Shown here: piece by piece, positions 1 to 6,591 of the stretch
How the letters are laid out: each line of letters starts with the position of its first letter
Position numbering within the stretch: position 1 is the stretch's first letter
Assembly: GCA_002685935.1 (NCBI GenBank)
Contig: NYZD01000179.1
Coordinates: 11,059 to 35,058, forward strand
DNA length: 24,000 nt
Source: Planctomycetaceae bacterium
GTDB taxonomy: Bacteria; Planctomycetota; Phycisphaerae; Phycisphaerales; Zrk34
Reading direction: 5' to 3'
Translations under genes and position numbers: made by a program
Notes under the pieces: model-generated
What the model was told of the DNA's origin: nothing
What the model saw: the letters and a program-made list of their open reading frames with translations, nothing else
Database searches by the model: none

Positions 1-2
1 TT

Positions 3-152
3 GACGTGTTGCCGCTGGCCGGCCGCAGCTTCCACTACAAGCCGCTGGCGTCGACGGGCGACCGCGATGTCGGCCAACTCATCGGCGAATACGCGCTGGA
101 GCTGCGCAACGAAAACGCGCACGGCCTGGTGCGCGGTCTGGCTGTGAGTTGA
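3..152 (+). CDS. 3' end (49 codons) of an ORF entering from the left edge, ...DVGQLIGEYALELRNENAHGLVRGLAVS*. Probable phage virion protein, possibly the major capsid protein.
   Basis: Frame 3 is open from the window edge to TGA at 150-152. A strong hairpin and a co-directional block of phage-like structural ORFs follow. The capsid call is positional inference only. Confidence 0.4.
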   Translation, partial: DVLPLAGRSFHYKPLASTGDRDVGQLIGEYALELRNENAHGLVRGLAVS

Positions 153-185
153 TCGTGAATTCACCGGGCCTTCCGGGGTCCTCGG

Positions 186-211
186 TCTCGGCGGGTTGAT
201 GCCCGTCGGGA
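186..211 (+). terminator. GC-rich stem-loop just downstream of the putative capsid gene (terminator or attenuator-like)
   Basis: 186-195 (tctcggcggg) pairs with 202-211 (cccgtcggga), giving a 10-bp stem with two G:U wobbles and a 6-nt loop (ttgatg). It is followed by cctttcc, which is only a weak U-tract. Confidence 0.3.
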
Positions 212-278
212 CCTTTCCAAGGAACATCGCTCCGTGCACCGTCACCGGGGCTGGCACGACATTGCAGAGGAACCAGAC

Positions 279-908
279 ATGACTGCTTTCATCAACGACG
301 CCGACCTGCTGATTGTGGAGCCACGTGTATTCGAGGACCTGCCGTTCGCCGCACAGCAGACATTGCGAGTGGACGACGCGGCGCTGGCCGGCGTGACGAT
401 CACGAGTGTCGCCGGCGGGTTCAACACGTTGGTGATCGGCGATGTGATCGTCCTGCGCACGACCGAAGCCGACGCGGCGACGTTCGCGATCGCCGGCATC
501 ACCGACGACAACACGTTGACGGTGGAGAATGAACCAACGCATCTGACCGCGTCCGTCGGGCTGACGATGATCGCCCGCACGTTCACGCCGCAAATCAACA
601 TCGTTCACGCCCAGATCATGCGGGCGATGGGCATCGATATCGACGACCCGGACGAAGAGCTGGATGAAGCGTCCATCGTGTCGGTCAGCGTCATGCAGCA
701 GATCGAGACGCTGGGCACGCTGGCACAGGTCTACGCCGCGGCGGTCGCACCGGTTGGGGACAACGAGACCATCATGCAGAAAGCTGATGCGTATGCGCGG
801 CAGTTCACGGCGGCGATGCGCGGCGCGCGGGTGTTGATTGATATCGATGGCGATGGCCAGGCCGATGTGTGGCGCACGGCCGGTCAGGGCCGGCTGGTGC
901 GGGTCTAG
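279..908 (+). CDS. Hypothetical phage virion protein (209 aa); head-associated or connector role suggested by position only
   Basis: ATG at 279 is preceded by GAGGA (267-271). The 15-codon GTG extension in the ORF track has no such support. The product is a soluble, acidic, Ala/Thr/Ile-rich protein. I recognise no family. Confidence 0.55.
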   Translation: MTAFINDADLLIVEPRVFEDLPFAAQQTLRVDDAALAGVTITSVAGGFNTLVIGDVIVLRTTEADAATFAIAGITDDNTLTVENEPTHLTASVGLTMIARTFTPQINIVHAQIMRAMGIDIDDPDEELDEASIVSVSVMQQIETLGTLAQVYAAAVAPVGDNETIMQKADAYARQFTAAMRGARVLIDIDGDGQADVWRTAGQGRLVRV

Positions 909-948
909 ACACATGATCCCGCGAAAGTGGGCGTTGGGAGTCAGCACG

Positions 949-1317
949 ATGAGTTCATTAAACGGTAACGATTTGTTCGGATCCGGACCGCACACAATTG
1001 AAGTCGGCGGCCGATCACTGCGACACGCTTCGCACCAGCAGCCCGGCGCCGACGGACAGCGGGTCACCGCGCTGGGACGCACGCCGCGCGAGATCGAACA
1101 GTCCGGCACCTTATTGGCGGACGGCCCCGATGGGCTGACGGCTCAGCTTGACGCGATCGAGGAAGCGCTCGGCGATCCACCCGCGGCGTTGATCGATCAG
1201 CACGGCCGCCAGTGGGACCACGTGATCATGATGCGCTTCAGTCCGAAACACGTGCGCCGCATCGGTCTGCGTCTCGGGGTGGATTACCGCGTGACCTACG
1301 AACAGGTGAACGCATGA
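949..1317 (+). CDS. Hypothetical phage protein (122 aa); weak by-eye resemblance to the Mu gp43-type DNA_circ_N baseplate/tail domain
   Basis: ATG at 949 is preceded by GGGAG (936-940). The stop overlaps the next start (ATGA at 1314-1317). The motif order GGRSLRH..P..DG..V..LGR.PREI..SG.L...LDAIEEAL...LIDQHGRQWDHV resembles my recollection of the DNA_circ_N consensus. Confidence 0.5.
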   Translation: MSSLNGNDLFGSGPHTIEVGGRSLRHASHQQPGADGQRVTALGRTPREIEQSGTLLADGPDGLTAQLDAIEEALGDPPAALIDQHGRQWDHVIMMRFSPKHVRRIGLRLGVDYRVTYEQVNA

Positions 1318-2033
1318 CATCGGCGACACAAGACATTTTCGATCAGGTGTTGCTGCGGGCGGCGGTCGCAGCGCTCGATGATGACGGCTCGGCGATGGCG
1401 CTGCTGTCGTGGGTGGCGCCGGATCAGGGCGATCGGCTCGTGCAGGTGTACGTGAATGACGTGCTTGCCGATGTGAGCGTCGATGCATCACAGCGGGAGA
1501 TGTGGCTGCATCTGGATCGCGCCCGCCCGGTGCGGGTTGAACTGCTTGCGGTGGACCCACAAGCGGCACTAAACGATCACGCGACAGATCTGCATGGGTG
1601 GTCACCGCGATTTACACAACGGGCGGCGCTGGCGATTACGCGAGATGAGACGTTGCCGGTTGAATCCGTGGCGATCGTGTCGGTGGACGATGCGGAGGAT
1701 TTCGGGCATCGGCTGTGGCGGGATACCGACTACCGCAGCGGCTTCGGCGCGCTGTTTGGTATTGGTGAATTCGCACGCGATGGCGCGACGGGGCCGGGTC
1801 TGGGGCGGGGCGAGTTCGGCGTCGGACAGTTCGGCGCCGACGGATGCGCCTGGCGCTGGCAGCGCGGTGATCTGTCGCCGGGCGCGCACACGATTGATCT
1901 GCGCATGGAGAGCCCGGAGGGACGAGAAGTGGGGCGGTTGGACGCGCCGCTCGACGTATACATCGACGCGTTGCCGTCGCCGGCGAAGGGCGTGCAACTC
2001 GACGATGTCGCCACATTGAGCTGGCAGACCTGA
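1314..2033 (+). CDS. Hypothetical phage structural protein (239 aa) with a Gly/Phe-rich central repeat
   Basis: ATG at 1314 overlaps the upstream stop (ATGA), and AGGTG lies at 1304-1308. There is an internal GFGALFGIGEFARDGATGPGLGRGEFGVGQFGADG segment and a beta-rich C-terminus. Confidence 0.55.
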   Translation: MTSATQDIFDQVLLRAAVAALDDDGSAMALLSWVAPDQGDRLVQVYVNDVLADVSVDASQREMWLHLDRARPVRVELLAVDPQAALNDHATDLHGWSPRFTQRAALAITRDETLPVESVAIVSVDDAEDFGHRLWRDTDYRSGFGALFGIGEFARDGATGPGLGRGEFGVGQFGADGCAWRWQRGDLSPGAHTIDLRMESPEGREVGRLDAPLDVYIDALPSPAKGVQLDDVATLSWQT

Positions 2034-2080
2034 GAAGCACTGAGCGAGCAAGACAACACGTTGAACAGTGGAGCACACCA

Positions 2081-2959
2081 ATGAGCGAACGATACCCCAA
2101 CGACACCGCCCTACTGGCGTTGACTGAAGACGCTGCGACCGGTGTCGAGTACATTCCGACCGGTACGACGCCGTATTACCTGGAGTTTCGAAAGCTACTG
2201 CAGCGGACGCTGCTGGCGGCCGAGCGCGCGAATGATCTGCGCGCTTACGAAGACGGCGACTTGTCGATCGGCGTGCGGCCGGGGCGCTGCGTGATCGGCA
2301 ACAGCGTGATCGGTTACGCCGGCAGCACGCTGCAGTCGGTGACCAACAACACCACGACTTATGTGTACATCGACGCGGGCGGCACACTGCAGCTGTCGAC
2401 CAGCGCGATGCCGACCGACCGCACGGCGTTCATTCCCATCGCCGAAGTGGTTGCCGCGGCGGGCGTGATCACATCGATCGTCGATCGGCGGGGCGAAGCG
2501 TTCCTGGCCGTGCCGGACAACGCGCACCTGAACTTGCCGACCGTCGTGCACGGTGTCGTGCATGCGGTTGGCGTGTTTGAAGGCGATCTGACCGCCTCGC
2601 AAACCGATCAACTGATCGGCGTCGTCCCCATCGACGGTCAGGTCGTGGGCATCATTCTCTCGGTCGGCGCGAACATCGATTCGGATACGGACGCCGACAG
2701 TCTCACCGCCACCGCCAAGGTCAACGGCACGGCACTGGCCACGGTGGATCCGAAGATCACCGATCTGGACGGTACGGGATTCCGTTCAACCGCGCAGGGC
2801 GATGGCACCGCCGCGACGCTGAAGACCGACGGCACCGAACTGGTGACCAAAGGCGACGTGCTGACGGTTGATCTGACACGAACGGTGATCGGCACGGTGA
2901 CCGGTGAGTTCCGTCACGTCGTGGTGCTGATCGTGGTCGAGCCATCACAACAGCAGTGA
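2081..2959 (+). CDS. Hypothetical phage structural protein (292 aa), beta-rich; probably a tail or fibre-associated component
   Basis: ATG at 2081 is preceded by GTGGAG (2068-2073). Thr/Gly/Val-rich composition is typical of virion fibre or baseplate proteins. The gene is syntenic with the fibre-like gene downstream. Confidence 0.55.
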   Translation: MSERYPNDTALLALTEDAATGVEYIPTGTTPYYLEFRKLLQRTLLAAERANDLRAYEDGDLSIGVRPGRCVIGNSVIGYAGSTLQSVTNNTTTYVYIDAGGTLQLSTSAMPTDRTAFIPIAEVVAAAGVITSIVDRRGEAFLAVPDNAHLNLPTVVHGVVHAVGVFEGDLTASQTDQLIGVVPIDGQVVGIILSVGANIDSDTDADSLTATAKVNGTALATVDPKITDLDGTGFRSTAQGDGTAATLKTDGTELVTKGDVLTVDLTRTVIGTVTGEFRHVVVLIVVEPSQQQ

Positions 2960-2983
2960 TCGAAGCGCAAGGACGGTGACACG

Positions 2984-3139
2984 ATGGCGATTCTCACACA
3001 CATTGACTTTGAGGTGGACAACTTCGGTGAACTGCCCGCCGGTCCGCAGACCCAGAGCACGCCCGAGTGGGCAACGCTGAGCGCGGACGCCTGGGCCTGG
3101 CTGACGGTCAATCAATGGTCCGAACTTCCAACGGGATAA
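2984..3139 (+). CDS. Small acidic Trp-rich ORF (51 aa), below the ORF-track cut-off; possible fibre accessory protein
   Basis: ATG at 2984 follows AAGGAC, and TAA is at 3137-3139. The ORF exactly fills the gap between two structural genes on the same strand. Product: MAILTHIDFEVDNFGELPAGPQTQSTPEWATLSADAWAWLTVNQWSELPTG. Confidence 0.4.
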   Translation: MAILTHIDFEVDNFGELPAGPQTQSTPEWATLSADAWAWLTVNQWSELPTG

Positions 3140-3146
3140 CCCAATC

Positions 3147-4385
3147 ATGGCAACGCTGACGAACTACAAGGGCCTCCAGGTTCCCGACACCACACCGGGC
3201 GCGGGCGGCGACGCAATCAAGGACAACTTCACCGCGCTCGCCGATCGCATCGGGCCGGTCGATTACACGGCCACCGCGCCGCCCGGCGCTGGGGATGACG
3301 ACACGCAGGGATTCGAGATCGGCTCGCGCTGGATCGACGTGACCGGCGACGAGGAATACGTCTGCGTTGACAACACGACCGCCTCCGCGGTGTGGCGCAA
3401 GACGTCAGCCCATGTCACCGGCGACCTGGTTGATTTCACGACGGCGGTGTCGGGCCACGCCAGTGTCTCGGCGAACACCAGCGCTCGGCACACGCAGAAC
3501 ACCGATACCGGCACGAGCGCCACGGGATTTGAGGTCGATACCGGGCAGAACGACCGCACGAAGCTGACCGCCATCGGTCTGGAACGCATCGGCACGGCGG
3601 CAAACCTGAGTCTGATCGTCAAACCCAAAGGCACCGGCGCCTTCCAGATCGATGACAACGGCAATACACGCGGCGCCAACGCGGTCGATCTGCAGGCCAG
3701 TCGCACGAATGACGCGAATGTGGCGTCGGGCGCCAGTTCGGTGGTGATGGGCAATGACAATCGGTCCACCGGCATCGCGGACGTGGCGATCGGATCTGCC
3801 AACACGGTCGAAGGAATCGTCGCCGGGTTTGCCGCCGGCGTCGGCAATCAGGTGGACGGTTTCAGCGGCATTGCTTTGGGGTCAGTGAATGAGGCGAACG
3901 CGACCATTTCTCTGGTGTCCGGACAGGAAGCGGTCGCCGAAGTGTTCGGACAGATGGCTCGCGCGGCCGGCAAGTTCTCAGCGGTCGGTGATGCGCAGAT
4001 CAGCACGTACGTGCTCCGTCGAAGGACCACCGACGCCACGGCCAACGTGGAACTCACCGCGGACAAAGGCGCGCCCGGCGCCGAAAATCGTCTGGCCGTG
4101 CCCTCGGACCGGATGTTGGAATGCAACATCACGGTGATCGCGCACGAGGAAGGCGGCGCCGACGCCGCGTGCTGGCGACGGCTCATCATCCTGCACAACG
4201 ACGGCGGCACGACCAGTCAGATCGGCTCGACCGATACCATCGGCATCGATGCCAACACGCCGGGGTGGGGTTTCAACCTCTTCGTCGATGACACCAACGA
4301 CGTGCTTCAGATCCGCGTGACCGGCCAGGCCGCCAAGACGATTCGCTGGCTGGGCCGAATCGAAACCGTCGAACTCGGATTCTGA
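3147..4385 (+). CDS. Phage tail-fibre / receptor-binding-like protein (412 aa)
   Basis: The N-terminus MATLTNYKGLQVPDTTPGAGGDAIKDNFTALADRI and the motif GSRWIDVTGDEEYVCVDNTTASAVWRK are of the type I recognise at tail-fibre N-termini. The central G-x-x-N-x-x-x-G repeats (GNDNRSTGIADVAIGSANTVEG..GVGNQVDGFSGIALGSVNEA) resemble YadA/Hep_Hag head repeats. Confidence 0.65.
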   Translation: MATLTNYKGLQVPDTTPGAGGDAIKDNFTALADRIGPVDYTATAPPGAGDDDTQGFEIGSRWIDVTGDEEYVCVDNTTASAVWRKTSAHVTGDLVDFTTAVSGHASVSANTSARHTQNTDTGTSATGFEVDTGQNDRTKLTAIGLERIGTAANLSLIVKPKGTGAFQIDDNGNTRGANAVDLQASRTNDANVASGASSVVMGNDNRSTGIADVAIGSANTVEGIVAGFAAGVGNQVDGFSGIALGSVNEANATISLVSGQEAVAEVFGQMARAAGKFSAVGDAQISTYVLRRRTTDATANVELTADKGAPGAENRLAVPSDRMLECNITVIAHEEGGADAACWRRLIILHNDGGTTSQIGSTDTIGIDANTPGWGFNLFVDDTNDVLQIRVTGQAAKTIRWLGRIETVELGF

Positions 4386-4430
4386 TCGGTCCACGCGCGG
4401 CGCGTTCGGCGCTGCGTCAGGAGAACCCAC

Positions 4431-6545
4431 GTGAGCGTCACGTTGAGCCAGACTACATCCGCTGCGTTCCCCGATCGGCCGGATACCGGCGGGCACGGGT
4501 TGCGGGTTGAACTATCAGCCGGACTGTCCGGGCAATATCTGTCCTGGGACTGCGGCGCCGAGCAATCGATCTATCACGTGCGCGTGATGCTCAATCCGTC
4601 GGATGCGGCCGGAGGCGCACTCACGATCATCAACGGACGCAGCGCGACCGGCGATCAGATGTTCGCTCTGCGATTTGATGCTGACGCAAGGCAAGTGACC
4701 TGCGTGCTGGCCACGTCGGATCAGATCACCGCCGATCTGCCGCCGACGCTCGACTGGCACTGCGTGGAGATCGCGATCGATACGGCGCGCGATGCCGCGA
4801 CCATGTGGATCAACGGCATTGAGGCCGCGTCAATCAGCGCGTCATTGTCCGGTCTGGCGGCGCGCGAGTTTCGCATCGGTGGCATGGACGGCGATCCGGC
4901 ACTGACCGGCTCGGTATTCTGCGATGAATGGATCGTCGCCACGCACTACGTCGGCCCGGTGTTCGCGCCGGCCACGCCGGATCACGCCGGTGACCCACGC
5001 CGATGGCTCGTGCTTTACAACACTAACAACCCGGATTCCATTGCGTGGGCCGACCAGTATCGCCAGCGGCGGGGCGTGCCGTACGCGAATCTCGTGGCGG
5101 TCGCCTATGGCTCTGATGAGGACATGTCAATCCCGGAGTTGCTCAGTCTCCGCGCCGACGTGGCGGACTATCTGGCGCGTCACACGATCAGCGAAACGAT
5201 GCGCGGGATCATGATCGGCTATGGCGTGCCGGGCTCGGTGCGTTTCGGGCCGCCGATCAACGCGATCGTCCTCGGTGTCGCCTCGTACTTATCCGACTTG
5301 ACCAACGATCTGTCCGGCCTGGCCAATCCGCATTTCCTGACGGGCGTGGTGGACGTGAGCGATCTGCCGCCGCGCGCCTCGCTAGGCAGCGGCAGCGCCT
5401 ATCTCGTTGCGGAAATGAACGCACCGACGCGCGCGCTTGCCGATGCACTATCCGATCGCGCTGACCAACTGCGGACCATCGGACCGGATGGTCACGCGCG
5501 CTCCGCACTCGATCCCGCGATCGATCAGTTCACCGCGTCACAGACCACCGGCACATGGCTGGAGAATCTGGCGTTCATCGATACGCCGGCGTTCAAGCGT
5601 GTGCGGTTGCCGTCGCGCACCGACTGGGATCCACTGGCTGAGGGGCACGGCCACGCGATTGAGCTGTCAGACGAGCGCTTGGGCGCGATGGTCAACACCG
5701 GCCAGCGCGCCGCGCTGTTGGTTGCCGGCGCGGGTCTGACCGCCGACGAAGTGCGCAGCGGGGATCAGCTTGTCCGCCGAGCGCTGGATCATGGCTATGC
5801 GTTTGCATTCGGGACGATCGCCACGGTGTCCCCCGGCGCCATGGTGAACCCGGCAGCAATGCTCGCGGCGCTGCGGGCGGGCTGGACCTGGGCCGAAGCG
5901 GTGGCGGTGTCTGTGCCCGCGATCCATGACGACTGGCGCGCCATCGGTGATCCGCTGGCGACGTTGCCGCTGCCCGAAGCGGGATGGGATGTGTGTGGAC
6001 CGTTCGAATCCTGGGCGCAGGTCGATCTGGAATATCCGAGCATCACGTTGCCGGCCGGACCGTCAAATATATCATTGGATGGTGCGGATCAACCGCCGGA
6101 TGACCGCGACTCAATCTACATCGTGCGACAACTCGACGACTTGGGCCGCCCCGAGGCCGGCTTGACGCACACGCGCCGTCATCGTGTCGGCACATCGCTC
6201 TTCATTCCGCCCGTGCCCTCGGTGTATCCCGCTGTGTCAGGTTGGTCGGCCAAGCAGGTGGACGACCAATGGCGCATCACCGCCGTCTGGCCGGCCCGAT
6301 TCGCATCGATGCACGTGCAGCGCGTGGAATTGATCGAACAGCAATCGGGGCAAGCCGAACAAATCGTGGACGCCATCACCGTGGACGCGCGAGGCTGGCA
6401 ACTGACGTTCATGCGCCCGCCCGCCGGTGACACGGTGCGCTACCGAATTCGAGCGATCAGCGCCGACGGTGTCGAAGTGGACGGACCGTGGTCGGCTTGG
6501 CTCAAGCTGATTGCAGACGAAGCGCGATCCCTCGTTGTGATCTGA
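4431..6545 (+). CDS. Multidomain phage-block protein (704 aa): N-terminal LamG/concanavalin-like domain, central TIGR03790-like domain, C-terminal FN3-like domain
   Basis: GTG at 4431 follows AGGAG (4419-4423). LamG-type pattern: LDWHCVEIAID..ATMWINGIEA...FRIGG....G.V.CDEWIV. TIGR03790-type pattern: RRWLVLYNTNNPDSIAWADQYRQRRGVPYANLV...GIMIGYGVPG. FN3-type end: VRYRIRAISADGVEVDGPWSAW. Confidence 0.7.
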   Translation: MSVTLSQTTSAAFPDRPDTGGHGLRVELSAGLSGQYLSWDCGAEQSIYHVRVMLNPSDAAGGALTIINGRSATGDQMFALRFDADARQVTCVLATSDQITADLPPTLDWHCVEIAIDTARDAATMWINGIEAASISASLSGLAAREFRIGGMDGDPALTGSVFCDEWIVATHYVGPVFAPATPDHAGDPRRWLVLYNTNNPDSIAWADQYRQRRGVPYANLVAVAYGSDEDMSIPELLSLRADVADYLARHTISETMRGIMIGYGVPGSVRFGPPINAIVLGVASYLSDLTNDLSGLANPHFLTGVVDVSDLPPRASLGSGSAYLVAEMNAPTRALADALSDRADQLRTIGPDGHARSALDPAIDQFTASQTTGTWLENLAFIDTPAFKRVRLPSRTDWDPLAEGHGHAIELSDERLGAMVNTGQRAALLVAGAGLTADEVRSGDQLVRRALDHGYAFAFGTIATVSPGAMVNPAAMLAALRAGWTWAEAVAVSVPAIHDDWRAIGDPLATLPLPEAGWDVCGPFESWAQVDLEYPSITLPAGPSNISLDGADQPPDDRDSIYIVRQLDDLGRPEAGLTHTRRHRVGTSLFIPPVPSVYPAVSGWSAKQVDDQWRITAVWPARFASMHVQRVELIEQQSGQAEQIVDAITVDARGWQLTFMRPPAGDTVRYRIRAISADGVEVDGPWSAWLKLIADEARSLVVI

Positions 6546-6591
6546 ACACCGCGTCCCGCCCGTCGGGTCGCACGATACAGGAGTCTTCACG

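Noticed and set aside
234-278. N-terminal extensions given in the ORF track: 234-278, 838-948, 1212-1313, 8235-8294, 8500-8547, 15264-15290, 19118-19153 and 20368-20403.
   Set aside because: The extensions overlap the preceding gene or lack an RBS. Internal ATG/GTG starts have Shine-Dalgarno-like sequences, ATGA stop-start coupling, or create proper signal peptides.
1602-2387. Long antisense or alternate-frame ORFs. Examples: 1602-2387(-) 261 aa, 6981-7721(-) 246 aa, 15717-16889(-) 390 aa, 16024-17046(+) 340 aa, 17428-17967(+) 179 aa, 10273-10998(+) 241 aa, 12188-12967(+) 259 aa.
   Set aside because: All lie entirely within, or opposite, ORFs that have strong family motifs. Their products are Arg/Pro/Ala/Ser-rich low-complexity sequences typical of stop-poor off-frames in GC-rich DNA. 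None has an RBS or a recognisable motif.
6003-6011. TTCGAATCC, which resembles a tRNA T-loop.
   Set aside because: The flanks cannot form a T-arm or acceptor stem, and the site lies inside the well-supported 704-aa CDS. I found no tRNA, tmRNA or rRNA in the window.
3147-6545. Diversity-generating retroelement targeting of the fibre or LamG-fusion genes, or CRISPR or other arrays in the accessory region.
   Set aside because: By eye there is no reverse transcriptase and no template/variable repeat pair. There are no regularly spaced direct repeats anywhere in the window.
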